From: a virus
Lineage: Duplodnaviria > Caudoviricetes
Reading direction: 5' to 3' (one strand)
DNA: 30,794 nucleotides
Virus record (IMG/VR): IMGVR_UViG_3300044983_000085
Location: 1-30,794 of that record
In this document: piece after piece, positions 1 through 9,176 of the stretch
Numbering within the stretch: position 1 is the stretch's first letter
Layout of the letters: every line of letters starts with the position of its first letter
Notes under the pieces: model-generated
Databases searched by the model: none
The model's input: only the letters and a program-made list of their open reading frames with translations
Told to the model about the DNA's origin: nothing
Made by a program: the position numbers and the translations under genes

Positions 1-119
1 TTTTATCTGTAGTTCAGCAGCCGCGGAAACCGGCCGGCGTGACCCCCGGGGGGGACCCGCGGGCCGGGTGGAACGCCGCAGCCAGAAGCCTACTCACCTC
101 CCATGACGCCACCTCACTT

Positions 120-581
120 TCAGCGGGACCGGTACAACGCCGCGCAGTCCACCGGATGGAACTGCCGGCCGATATACACCCGGAACGCCGCCAGCCGCGC
201 CAGCCGCACATGGCGCTGTGCCGCCGTCTCACCCGGCGGCGGCACCGACACGGCGATCACGTGATCCCACAACTGCCGCTGCCGCGTCCGGAAATCATTC
301 CCGATCGCGCACGCCCGGACCTGCGACCGGTGAATGTCGCGGCTGACCTGCGCCTGCCCGATGTACAGGTGCACGGTGAGAACCGACAGGCCGACGTCGA
401 GGACAACCGACGCGGCGAGGAGCCACGACATGAGCCGGGTCCGCCTGCCGTATTTCACCGCGTCCGTGAGTTTCTCCAGGATCGCCTTGATCAGCTCGCG
501 AAGTTCCTTCGCGATCGACAGGGCCTCCGACGCGTCCCCGGCGGCATCGCCGTCCCCCGCATCCGGCTTGCCGTCGGTCAC
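120..581 (-). CDS. Membrane protein (one TM helix), possibly lysis-associated
   Basis: 153 aa with hydrophobic LMSWLLAASVVLDVGLSVLTVHLYI after a basic patch; distal end of the tail module; start overlaps the upstream stop. Confidence 0.6.
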   Translation of the reverse strand: MTDGKPDAGDGDAAGDASEALSIAKELRELIKAILEKLTDAVKYGRRTRLMSWLLAASVVLDVGLSVLTVHLYIGQAQVSRDIHRSQVRACAIGNDFRTRQRQLWDHVIAVSVPPPGETAAQRHVRLARLAAFRVYIGRQFHPVDCAALYRSR

Positions 582-739
582 GTTCCCTGCCTTCCCTGAT
601 TCAGCTTGCGTTCCATCCCCGCCACCGTCAGGTCCAGGCGGCGTACCAGCCGCGCGGCCTGCGCCACCAGCTCGTCGATCGTCCGGTCGTCGGCGGCCGG
701 GTCGTCATTGTTGCCGGGATTCGATCCGGGCGAGGGCAC
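578..739 (-). CDS. Small coiled-coil hypothetical protein
   Basis: 3' part of ORF 578..892 (IDELVAQAARLVRRLDLTVAGMERKL) fills the gap between neighbours; GTG start at 739 is a guess. Confidence 0.35.
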   Translation of the reverse strand: MPSPGSNPGNNDDPAADDRTIDELVAQAARLVRRLDLTVAGMERKLNQGRQGT

Positions 740-1010
740 CCGAGATGAGGCCGAGGGCCTCGGTGATCGCCGCCAGGGCCGGGATGATCTGGCTGGCCTG
801 GGATTCGATGAGCCGGTCACGCTGCTCGATCGCCTTGTCTCGCTGCGCGACCAGTTCGGCGCGCATGGCCTGCGCCTGATCCCACAGCACACCAGCCTCC
901 GATGTGCCGATCCGGCCGCTGCTGGCCCGCCGTGTGGTCAGCCACGTGAGGAGCCCGCCGATGGCAAGGCCGGCCGCCGTGGCAATGGCGGCGATTGACG
1001 CGGAATCCAC
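705..1010 (-). CDS. N-terminal TM plus coiled-coil protein (holin-like/lysis-associated)
   Basis: IAAIATAAGLAIGGLLTWL TM segment followed by a heptad-rich helix; GTG at 1010 preceded by AGGA. Confidence 0.6.
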   Translation of the reverse strand: MDSASIAAIATAAGLAIGGLLTWLTTRRASSGRIGTSEAGVLWDQAQAMRAELVAQRDKAIEQRDRLIESQASQIIPALAAITEALGLISGALARIESRQQ

Positions 1011-1046
1011 CAGGCATCCTGCCAACCTGCTTCGGTAGGGGACAGT

Positions 1047-1529
1047 TCAGCCGATGCGCTGCAGCGTGAGCCGCGACCGGGCCCGCCGGGTCACCGTCCC
1101 CGCGGTGCCGGCATCGAACTGGAACTGCAACGTCCCCGCCGTCGACGACGTCGCCAGCGACCCGACCAGCGCCATCGACAAATCCGTCCCCGTGCCAGTG
1201 CACGTGACACCGAAACCCGCCCCCAGGTTGATGTCATTATTGTTCGCGGCACCCCCCACCGCCGTCAGGGGAACACACGACAAGGTGGCGCCTGACGGCC
1301 CGGTAAACGCCCCGACGAACGCCACCGCGTTCGTCCCGTTGAACCGGACGAACAACTCCACCGCATAGTTCGCCGACGCCGCCACCGCGACGGACAGGGT
1401 GTTGTCGTTGATCAGGGACGTGCTGGTAGTCGTCTGGTCGGCGGTGGCGACCGCCGAGAGCGGCTCGAGCCAGTTGTTGACGTCGGCGGCGCCGAGAACC
1501 TGGCCGACACTGTACGTGGGGACGGGCAT
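1047..1529 (-). CDS. Minor tail / tail-tip protein
   Basis: N-terminus PTYSVGQVLGAADVN typical of actinophage minor tail proteins; Thr/Gly/Ala-rich beta domain; AAGGAG RBS. Confidence 0.75.
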   Translation of the reverse strand: MPVPTYSVGQVLGAADVNNWLEPLSAVATADQTTTSTSLINDNTLSVAVAASANYAVELFVRFNGTNAVAFVGAFTGPSGATLSCVPLTAVGGAANNNDINLGAGFGVTCTGTGTDLSMALVGSLATSSTAGTLQFQFDAGTAGTVTRRARSRLTLQRIG

Positions 1530-1934
1530 CTACTGCTCCTTCTTGGGCCAGAGCTGGTGCCAGCGTGATCCTGGCCTGAGCCATCCCGCCGAGCCGCGTA
1601 CGCGTGCTTCCTTAACCTTCATCTCGCGCCCGGATCCGGGGTCATGGCCGAGCCTCACCGTCACCCACGGCCACGGGTCCGGGTGGAGATCCCCTGTGAC
1701 CGGATGCCAGACGTTCGGGTCCGGGGCGTAGTGGCTGCCGTGACCGTCGTTAGGCCGCACTATGTCCTGTACCTCGATCACGACCGCAGGCACCGGCTCG
1801 GCCCATTCCTCCGTGCGGACCAGGACATGCTCACCTGGGCGGGGATGATCTTCGCGTTCCTCCGGCTCACGTTCCCACGCCCACCGCTCGACCTCCTCAG
1901 GAGTCCGGGGCGGCTCGTGCCTGGGTCGTTTCAT
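1530..1934 (-). CDS. Hypothetical protein (134 aa, Trp/Pro-rich)
   Basis: ATG at 1934 with AAGGAG RBS directly after the stop of the 971-aa gene; abuts the next gene. Confidence 0.65.
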   Translation of the reverse strand: MKRPRHEPPRTPEEVERWAWEREPEEREDHPRPGEHVLVRTEEWAEPVPAVVIEVQDIVRPNDGHGSHYAPDPNVWHPVTGDLHPDPWPWVTVRLGHDPGSGREMKVKEARVRGSAGWLRPGSRWHQLWPKKEQ

Positions 1935-1942
1935 GCGGCTCC

Positions 1943-4858
1943 TTAGAAGGCGAGCGCGTTCGAGTCGAGCCGCCCGTTGACGGGGTCGTCGAGGATGAAG
2001 AATTTCGCGTACCGGGCGGCGTCCTGCAACGTCCACGTCGTCAGCCACGTCCCGGCCACGCAGTCGATGTCATGCTGGATGCCGCGGATGAAACAGTCAC
2101 GGACTACCGGCGACGCCAGCCCGGGAGGCCGGTTGTAGACGGTGATCCGGTCGCCGATCTCCCGGCCCAGCACCTGCGGGAACAGGTTCGCCGTGTCGGC
2201 GAGCGGGTCGATGGCGAGCTGCTCGAACCGGGTTTCGGTGTCCTGCGACACGTACCGCACCCACTGCGCGTACGACCGTGCCTCACTGTCGGACAGCAGG
2301 AGCACGTCAGAGCGGGCGTACGTGCGGGGGAACAGGTATTTCTTCACCGACGCCGCGTTGACCGATTCCTGCATGATGCCGCCGACCCGGGTGATCTGCA
2401 CGTCATTGGCGAGTGTCGTGTCATCGGACGCGCGGGACACGGCGGCGTAGGCGAGTTCGGTGAGGGTTCCGTGGACCGTGCCGTCGAGGTCGCCGAACGC
2501 AGCCTGCGCCGTGTTCGACCGCACATCGGTGAGGATCGCCTGCCGGTTCCGGAACTGCACCGTCCCCGACCCGTCGACATACAGTTCCCCGATCTCGCTG
2601 TCGGCGGCGATCTGCATCAGGTTCAGGGCCGTGTCCCCGTACAGGGTGCCCTGCAGGCTGGTGTTCCCCGTGGCGATGTGCCGTTTGTCGGTAAACCAGC
2701 CGGCGGCGGTGAGGATCCGGCGGACCCGGGCGCCGGAGTCTTCGCTGTCCCCGGCCGTGGCGGCGAGCGCGGCGAGGGTTTGCCCGGCGAGAACCTTGAA
2801 TCCGTCGGTGGCGGTCAGGTTCACCTCGGCGTAGCCGCCCTCATAGGTTTGGGCGGCGGGTTCCCACCCGTCGGCGAACCCGTAGACCATGCCGTACCCG
2901 GCCTGGCCGGTAGCGGCGCGGAGACGAACCGGCGCCATGGCGTGAATAGCGGTCACGCCGCCCGTCACGAACGGGCTCGCCGCATTATCAGGGTCGAACT
3001 GGCCGCCGGAGTTATCCAGCGTGACGGACAGGGTGCCGGCCTGGTAAGTGATCAGCGGCCCCTGCACGCGGGTCGACGGCCGGGACACGGAGATGGAGCG
3101 GGCGAACCCGGTGATGTCAGTCCACACGGTCGAGTCGGCGAGCCGGTTGCTGTCAAGCCGCCCGAAGACGGGATCATCGAGGATGAACGACCCCAAGGTG
3201 GCGACCGGGGTCGCGGGGATGACGCCGACCTCGAGGATGAGCTGCGGCCACCCCGGCACGCCCAGCCCGGCGATATTGCCGATGATGACAGGGAACGGGA
3301 CGGTCAGCGACTCGGTGATGTTGACGTTGATGTCGAGTTCGGAGGCGAGGCTGACCTGGTTGCTGCCCGCACCGCCGCCGCCGGACAGGGCGTCGTACAG
3401 GTTCTGGTACAACCCGACCCGGTAATCCGAACTTGAGGTGATCGCCGTTTCCTGCGTCAGCAGCGTGTTCGAGTTGAACAGCAGCAGGTCGGCGTTCGTT
3501 TTCCCGGCCTGCAGCCGGGCAGCGAAATAGTTCTGGATGTACGTGAAATACGCGGTGGACTGGGCTTGCGTCTGCCCTGACGTCGGGTCGGTGCTCGAGT
3601 TGAGTTCCCACAGGCCGAACGGCTTCGCCGGCGTCGCCCCGTCGGCGAGCGACGCGGCGAGGTCGAGCCGTTCCCCGCCGTCGTATTCGGAGCAGTAAAA
3701 GTCGGTCGCGACCTTGTCGACGTAGGCGTCGCCGGGATAATAGGCGTTCTCATTGTGGTGGTTGACCGAGTAGATGGACGTGTCGAACACCATCGGGTAG
3801 TACTGGCGGATGGTGGGGGCGTAGAACTGCCAGCCGGCGATGAACAGGCTGATCGTCAGGCCTGCCGACACGTGGCCGGCGAGGCCGGAGCCGTAGGGTT
3901 CCTGCCACAGCGACACGTCGGCGACCAGCCCGGCGGCCTTGCACGACGCGAGGAACGTGTTCAGGGCGTCCAGGTCCGCGGTCGTCGGCGGGTTGAACGC
4001 GGGCCGCATGCTGATCGCAGCCTTCCGCCCCGCGGCCGCGTCAGCCTGCAGGTCCGCGGTGATGCCGGAGGGGATCTGCTCGGTGGTGAAGTAGACGCGG
4101 CGGACATCGAGGGACCGGGAGGTGATGGTCTGCCACAGGCTGTTGGCCTGCGACTGGGTTGACGCGCCGATCGCCCCGGGGTTCAGGTACGCGCCGACGA
4201 GCCCCGGTGTCCCGGCTGACGGGGCGGTGGCGGTGAACGTGGCGGCGACACCCGCCCAGCCGTGCGCCTGATCCGACGCAACCGACGACTTCCCGGTAAC
4301 GGACAGGGCGCCGGACGGCACCGACAGGTCGTAGCCGCCGTACAGGTGGTTCCCGGCGCTGGCGGTGTCGGCCTGGCCGAGGGTGAACCCGGCCGGGTCG
4401 GTCCACGTGATCGCGCTGGCGGCGGTGAAATGTTCCTGGAAGCAGCAGACCGCCAGGTCACCGCTGGCGGCGGCGCCGGTGGAGAGGGTGACCTGGGCGA
4501 CGGTGCCGCCGAGCACCGACCCCGACGCGTTCAGCGAGACGGTCGGGGTGGCGACGTCGGTGTGGAATTCCTCGAGGAATCCCTTGATGTTCGGGGTGCC
4601 CGATGCGACCGTGCAGACGACGCCGGTGATGCCGCCCGGGTTGGCCGGGTAGTACCAGATTTCGGCGTGGGAGATGCCGCTGTTCGACAGGCCGATGGCC
4701 TTGACCCATCCGGCGGGCAGTGACCAGGCGACACCGCCGCCCATGATCAGGTTGCAGACCAGGAGGTTCCCGGCGGTCGAGCCGACTCCGAGGGTGGGGG
4801 TAATGGATGCTGCGGATGCTGATGTCTCGGGGGACTTCTGAACCAGCGTCCACGTCAC
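1943..4858 (-). CDS. Large minor tail (hub/baseplate-type) protein with N-terminal beta domain and internal GH26-like glycoside hydrolase domain
   Basis: C-terminal half has actinophage hub motifs (WTDITGFARSISVSR, LDNSGGQFDP, GELYVDGSGTVQFRNR, EIGDRITV); middle has WQEP, YYPGDAYVDKVATDFY and KPFGLWE. Confidence 0.85.
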   Translation of the reverse strand: MTWTLVQKSPETSASAASITPTLGVGSTAGNLLVCNLIMGGGVAWSLPAGWVKAIGLSNSGISHAEIWYYPANPGGITGVVCTVASGTPNIKGFLEEFHTDVATPTVSLNASGSVLGGTVAQVTLSTGAAASGDLAVCCFQEHFTAASAITWTDPAGFTLGQADTASAGNHLYGGYDLSVPSGALSVTGKSSVASDQAHGWAGVAATFTATAPSAGTPGLVGAYLNPGAIGASTQSQANSLWQTITSRSLDVRRVYFTTEQIPSGITADLQADAAAGRKAAISMRPAFNPPTTADLDALNTFLASCKAAGLVADVSLWQEPYGSGLAGHVSAGLTISLFIAGWQFYAPTIRQYYPMVFDTSIYSVNHHNENAYYPGDAYVDKVATDFYCSEYDGGERLDLAASLADGATPAKPFGLWELNSSTDPTSGQTQAQSTAYFTYIQNYFAARLQAGKTNADLLLFNSNTLLTQETAITSSSDYRVGLYQNLYDALSGGGGAGSNQVSLASELDINVNITESLTVPFPVIIGNIAGLGVPGWPQLILEVGVIPATPVATLGSFILDDPVFGRLDSNRLADSTVWTDITGFARSISVSRPSTRVQGPLITYQAGTLSVTLDNSGGQFDPDNAASPFVTGGVTAIHAMAPVRLRAATGQAGYGMVYGFADGWEPAAQTYEGGYAEVNLTATDGFKVLAGQTLAALAATAGDSEDSGARVRRILTAAGWFTDKRHIATGNTSLQGTLYGDTALNLMQIAADSEIGELYVDGSGTVQFRNRQAILTDVRSNTAQAAFGDLDGTVHGTLTELAYAAVSRASDDTTLANDVQITRVGGIMQESVNAASVKKYLFPRTYARSDVLLLSDSEARSYAQWVRYVSQDTETRFEQLAIDPLADTANLFPQVLGREIGDRITVYNRPPGLASPVVRDCFIRGIQHDIDCVAGTWLTTWTLQDAARYAKFFILDDPVNGRLDSNALAF

Positions 4859-4880
4859 GGCAGTTCACGCCTCCCGTATC

Positions 4881-5114
4881 GTGATCGAGGTGACTGATTT
4901 CTCAGCAGGCGGCACCGAGTGCACGCGCTGCGGTGCAGCAGATCATTGCGCGTGCTACCACTACGCGTGCTGTGCCTGCGGCAGCAAAACCCACAGCGCC
5001 GACCGGGACCCGATGCCGCACCCGCCGCTGAACCCGGCGATGGAACACCACGAAGACCCGCCGTGCAAGATCTGCAAGGCCGACGTCAGGCGGCTAGCGG
5101 CCCATGACTCTTGA
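4881..5114 (+). CDS. Small Cys/His-rich (Zn-binding-like) hypothetical protein
   Basis: CTRC, CAC, CCAC and CKIC motifs; occupies an otherwise empty gap in the minus-strand operon. Confidence 0.45.
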   Translation: MIEVTDFSAGGTECTRCGAADHCACYHYACCACGSKTHSADRDPMPHPPLNPAMEHHEDPPCKICKADVRRLAAHDS

Positions 5115-5307
5115 CCTGTATGACAACCACATCCGTGTCCACATTGAACGCGGCTGGTACATCGTGCCATGCCCGTATTGCGTGGCAGAACTGCTTGGGA
5201 TCGGAAGGGAATCTACGCGGCTAGCGGCGTCCACGGCGCGGTCAGCGACGGCAGATTCACCGGATTCCCCGTCACCACCACCACCGACGCCACCAGCTGA
5301 TCACTGA
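5104..5307 (+). CDS. Small hypothetical protein with CPYC motif
   Basis: Overlaps the previous ORF; lower GC; 3' end runs antisense into 5213..5608. Confidence 0.35.
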   Translation: MTLDLYDNHIRVHIERGWYIVPCPYCVAELLGIGRESTRLAASTARSATADSPDSPSPPPPTPPADH

Positions 5308-5608
5308 TAATGAACGTCCCCCCCGTCACCGCCGACCACAAACTGATGTGCGTGATCGTCTCCGGCGACGTCCCAGCCCACGACGCCGTAATCACCACCG
5401 GCGCGCTGATCACCTTCGTCCCCCCCGACGCCGACGCCCACGCCAGAACAATCCGCGTCGCAAACGACGAAATGTTCGACGTCCCGTTCGGACCCGGGTC
5501 CCCCGTATGCAACTGCACATAGCTAGCGGCCGGGGGAGTAAAAGCGGCCGCCGAAAACACCGAATCCAGAACCGTGTTCACGAACGCAGGGTTCCAGCCA
5601 GCAGCCAT
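5213..5608 (-). CDS. Small virion/tail protein
   Basis: YVQLHTGDPG and ITHISLWSAVTGG motifs common in phage tail-associated proteins; starts immediately after the tape measure stop. Confidence 0.75.
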   Translation of the reverse strand: MAAGWNPAFVNTVLDSVFSAAAFTPPAASYVQLHTGDPGPNGTSNISSFATRIVLAWASASGGTKVISAPVVITASWAGTSPETITHISLWSAVTGGTFIISDQLVASVVVVTGNPVNLPSLTAPWTPLAA

Positions 5609-8323
5609 CTACGACCTCCAGCCCGAACCGCTGCGCTTCTCGAACTCGCGGATCGCCTCCACCGTCACCCGGCCCAGCTCCGCCTTATTCGCATTCGGCG
5701 GGCACACCACCGTCACGTTGTACGTATTACCGCCGCCCACCCGCTCCGGCCGGCCCGTCCCGTTCATCGCCAGAGACAAGCCAGGCGGCAGCCACCCGCC
5801 CTGGTCATACCAGTTGAACGCCGCCTCATGCGCCGCCGCCGCCTGCGGGCTCCCGTACCGGCCCTGAATGTAGGAAATCATCCACGCGATCTGCGCCACC
5901 GGATTCGACTGCGGCGGATTCGCCGCAGCACCCATCTTCGACGGCGGCAGCGCCTGCGGAATCCCGTACGCCCCGCTGCTCGGATTACGCGCGAACTGGT
6001 TCCAGCCCGACTCCCGCATCGCCACGTAATTCCACGCCGCCCACGCCGACCCGGTAGCCCACGACGGCATCATCAGCTGCGCGAGCCGCGCATTCGCCGC
6101 CGGTGCACCACCGCCCGGACCGCCGGGGAAACCACCGCCGAAAGACTGCGCCGCCTTGATCCCGGCCAGCACGGCGTTCGCGACTGACTGCTCCATTGCA
6201 TGCAGGGTGGCCGCATTCGTGGTTGCCAGCCACGACGTCAGGCCCGGCACGCTCCCCTGGAACGAGCCGACCACGCCGCCGGCGGCGAACCCGGGGATCT
6301 GGCCTCGCAGATGATCGACCGCACCGGAACGCACCATGTCCGTCGGTACGACAAGCTCACCAGGCATCGCCATGATCGGCACGCTGTCCACGCCGGGCAC
6401 GCCGCCACGGACCAGCCACCCGGCCGCCGTAGCGTGCTTGCCCTGACCCGGGGCCTGGAACTGATGCACCGTCCACGTCCCGCTGCCATGCACAGTAATG
6501 TTCGTGCCGATCTGCGCCTTGATCTTCGCTTCCTCCGCGAGCAGCGCGCGGATCTGGGCAGTCGCGAACTTCGTCTTGTCGCCGTGCTTCTCCAGCCAAT
6601 TGATCTGCGACTGGATCTCCTGAGATGCGAGACGCAGGTTCCCGTGCAGCTTCAGCTGATCATCGGCGAACGACACCGCCGCATTCGTCGCCGCGATCAC
6701 GGCCTGCTTGTTCGCAAGCGCGTTCGCGCTGTTCCCCTTTAGCCCGGCGCTGTTACTCGCAAGCTGCTTCGTCGCGGCCTGGATCGCCAGCTGCCACGCG
6801 ATCTGATCACCCTGCAAGGTGAGGACCGCAACGACGTTCTTCTGGATATCGGCCGTCAGGAACGCCACAGCGGCGGCCAGGCCCATGACGGGCATCTTCG
6901 CCTTCAGATTCGCGTTCGCGAACGCGTCAGCCTGGGCGGTGGCGTCCCGCATCGACTGGCCGCCCTTGTTGACATCGGAGGCCAGCGCACCCGATGCGTG
7001 CGCCAGGGCGATCGCCTGGTTACGGGTAATTCCGTACTTGTTCTGCAGCCCCGACAGGAACGTCTGCTGGTTATTGCCTTCAGTGATCAGCTTCTGCTGG
7101 GCCGCCGTGTAGTCGCTCGTGGCGCCGGTGAGGCTTCCGAGGCTGGCCGTGCCGGTAATCAGGCCGGTACGCACATTCCGCAGGGCGATCTGCTGCTGTG
7201 CCTGCTGGACGTTCACTTTCTGGATCGCGGCAGCCGCCTGGAAGTAGCCGGCCGTGTTGAAGCCCTGCGCCTTGCTCTGGGCCTCAATGCTGATGATGGT
7301 CTTGTCGGACTCACTCTTGTACCGGCTGATCGCGAACACCAGGCCGCCGACCGCTGCCGCACCCAGGATCGCCCACCCGAACGGGGTGATCGCCTCGAGC
7401 GCCGTCGTCTGAATCATCAGCCCGCGCTCAGCGAGAGTCAGGCCCTTCGTGGCAGTTATTACCATGCCGATCTCGCTGGCCGCAGTCGCCAGGCCCGTCA
7501 GCCTCAGGGCGCCGGACAGCAGCCCGAACTTGGACAGGGCCAGCGCGATCCCGCCGATAGCGAGAGCCACATTCGTCAGCGCCGGAGCGTGGGTAGCCAG
7601 CCACGCGATACCCGACGTCAACCCGGTCAGGACCGTCGTGAAGGCCTTCAGCTCCGCCATGCCGACCCCGCCGAAACTCTCCAGCAGAGTAAACACGGCA
7701 TGCGCGATCCCGGTGATGTCCTGCCCCAGCAGCCGGATCGCCGGGCCCGCCTCCTTCGCAAGGAAGCCGATGAACTGCTGGATCCCCGAGTTCGCGGTGA
7801 ACTGCGCCAAGAACGAACTGATGCCCTTCCCGGCCGACGCCGCCAACTGGCCGACCGGCCCGAGCAGCGTGCTAGCCAGATGCAGGCCCTGATTGAAGAC
7901 CTGGAAGACTTGCGGCTCCATGGCTTTAGCTAGCGCCGAATACTGCTGCCCCAGCGCTTGGATGCCAAGCGCCGCATTTCGCTGCCGGTTATCCAGCGTC
8001 CCCCACGCCGCCGCCAGCCCACCCGGCCCCGTCATCGCCGTCTTGACCTTCATGACCGACGGAACAGCCACGCCAGCAAACGCGGTGAACCCAGCCGCAG
8101 CTGCGGCCAGCGGCGTCGCCATCGCCCCGAGCGCGATCCCGAGGCCGACCGTACCGCCCATCGCCGACGTCTGCGCCTGCTGATTCTTATTCAGCGACGC
8201 CGTGTTCTTATCGACCGACCCGGTCGTGCCGTCGATCTTGCGGCGCAGATTGTCGAACGCCGCCGACGCGTTCTTATCCCTCGCGATGATCTCAAAGATC
8301 AGGGTCTCGAGGTTCGTGGCCAC
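5609..8323 (-). CDS. Tape measure protein with C-terminal lytic transglycosylase (SLT/Rpf-like) domain
   Basis: 904 aa Ala/Gly-rich helical protein starting LIFEIIARDKNAS; C-terminal MRESGWNQFARNPSSGAYGIPQALP...YIQGRYGSP. Confidence 0.95.
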   Translation of the reverse strand: MATNLETLIFEIIARDKNASAAFDNLRRKIDGTTGSVDKNTASLNKNQQAQTSAMGGTVGLGIALGAMATPLAAAAAGFTAFAGVAVPSVMKVKTAMTGPGGLAAAWGTLDNRQRNAALGIQALGQQYSALAKAMEPQVFQVFNQGLHLASTLLGPVGQLAASAGKGISSFLAQFTANSGIQQFIGFLAKEAGPAIRLLGQDITGIAHAVFTLLESFGGVGMAELKAFTTVLTGLTSGIAWLATHAPALTNVALAIGGIALALSKFGLLSGALRLTGLATAASEIGMVITATKGLTLAERGLMIQTTALEAITPFGWAILGAAAVGGLVFAISRYKSESDKTIISIEAQSKAQGFNTAGYFQAAAAIQKVNVQQAQQQIALRNVRTGLITGTASLGSLTGATSDYTAAQQKLITEGNNQQTFLSGLQNKYGITRNQAIALAHASGALASDVNKGGQSMRDATAQADAFANANLKAKMPVMGLAAAVAFLTADIQKNVVAVLTLQGDQIAWQLAIQAATKQLASNSAGLKGNSANALANKQAVIAATNAAVSFADDQLKLHGNLRLASQEIQSQINWLEKHGDKTKFATAQIRALLAEEAKIKAQIGTNITVHGSGTWTVHQFQAPGQGKHATAAGWLVRGGVPGVDSVPIMAMPGELVVPTDMVRSGAVDHLRGQIPGFAAGGVVGSFQGSVPGLTSWLATTNAATLHAMEQSVANAVLAGIKAAQSFGGGFPGGPGGGAPAANARLAQLMMPSWATGSAWAAWNYVAMRESGWNQFARNPSSGAYGIPQALPPSKMGAAANPPQSNPVAQIAWMISYIQGRYGSPQAAAAHEAAFNWYDQGGWLPPGLSLAMNGTGRPERVGGGNTYNVTVVCPPNANKAELGRVTVEAIREFEKRSGSGWRS

Positions 8324-8325
8324 GT

Positions 8326-8814
8326 CTACTTACCCGTGATTTCGCGCGCCGTCTCAGTCATCGCCTTCATCACCTGATCACGGATCTGCGGGCTCTGCTC
8401 CTTGAGAACATCGCTGAAGAACCCCGCCTTCATCCCGCCCGTCTGCGCGTTCGACCACCGCCAGAACTTCCGCTCACCCTGCGCGTAGATCGGATGGTTG
8501 ATGATGCCAGCGTCAAGCATCACGACCTTACGCTTGTGCTGCTTCGCCTTCGCCCGGACCTCAATCCGCGGGTTCCTCGAGAAACTCTTAGCTATCCGCA
8601 CGCCAAGATCCTCAGCCAGCACAACGGCATACCTGTCCGGCATGTAAGGCTTCAGGTGCTCCACGTCGGCGATCTTCTGCGCCAGCGGCTTCGCCGCCTC
8701 ATTCATCTGCTTATACAGCTTCCGCCGCAGCCCCTGGCCTTCACTGCCCGCCTCACGGAGCCGCGCCGACAGCAACCGCAACTCATACTGGCCGCGCACC
8801 TCAACACCAGGCAT
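8326..8814 (-). CDS. HK97 gp10-like neck/tail-completion protein
   Basis: VEVRGQYELRLLSARLR N-terminus, G-x-x-x-HP motif, C-terminal GFF followed by a helix. Confidence 0.65.
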   Translation of the reverse strand: MPGVEVRGQYELRLLSARLREAGSEGQGLRRKLYKQMNEAAKPLAQKIADVEHLKPYMPDRYAVVLAEDLGVRIAKSFSRNPRIEVRAKAKQHKRKVVMLDAGIINHPIYAQGERKFWRWSNAQTGGMKAGFFSDVLKEQSPQIRDQVMKAMTETAREITGK

Positions 8815-8827
8815 CAGCGACCACCCT

Positions 8828-8855
8828 TTGACATGTGGATTCCATCGCGTACGCT
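8828..8855 (+). promoter_or_regulatory. Sigma70-type promoter of the plus-strand cassette
   Basis: TTGACA (8828-8833), 16-nt spacer, TACGCT (8850-8855), upstream of an AGGAG RBS. Confidence 0.7.
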
Positions 8856-8867
8856 TGTGGCATCCAC
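8835..8867. promoter_or_regulatory. Paired palindromic operators (GTGG-N3-CCAY)
   Basis: GTGGATTCCAT at 8835-8845 and GTGGCATCCAC at 8857-8867, 22 bp apart, flanking the -10 box. Confidence 0.6.
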
Positions 8868-8873
8868 TAGGAG

Positions 8874-9176
8874 ATGAAAAGAATGAAGACCGAAGTAACC
8901 TCAGTCACCAGCAGGCCACACCCGATCAGCAACACGTTCCACCTGATCATGACCATCTGCACCGGCGGCCTCTGGATCCCCATCTGGATCTTCATGGCCC
9001 GCGGCCACAAGGTCACCACCCGCGCACCCGTCGCGGCCGCACCGCAGGCCGAAGGACCAGAACCCGAAATCGGCTGGGGCACGCAGATGATGCGCGACAT
9101 GGTCGCCGACGGTTCGACGAAAGCCGAGGCCCGGCACGCATTCCTGGCCGAGATGAAGCGGCGTAATGCCGGCTGA
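8874..9176 (+). CDS. Small membrane protein (moron cargo)
   Basis: HLIMTICTGGLWIPIWIF membrane motif; own promoter and RBS; start may be the ATG at 8883. Confidence 0.75.
   Translation: MKRMKTEVTSVTSRPHPISNTFHLIMTICTGGLWIPIWIFMARGHKVTTRAPVAAAPQAEGPEPEIGWGTQMMRDMVADGSTKAEARHAFLAEMKRRNAG

Noticed and set aside
41-60. C5/G7 run near the window start as a terminator or genome end
   Set aside because: No convincing stem plus U-tract, and the context is truncated.
2072-3436. Long plus-strand ORFs (454 aa here; also 14188..15168, 17326..18582, 6998..7933, 28996..29751)
   Set aside because: Antisense shadows of well-supported minus-strand genes, expected in high-GC DNA; no motifs.
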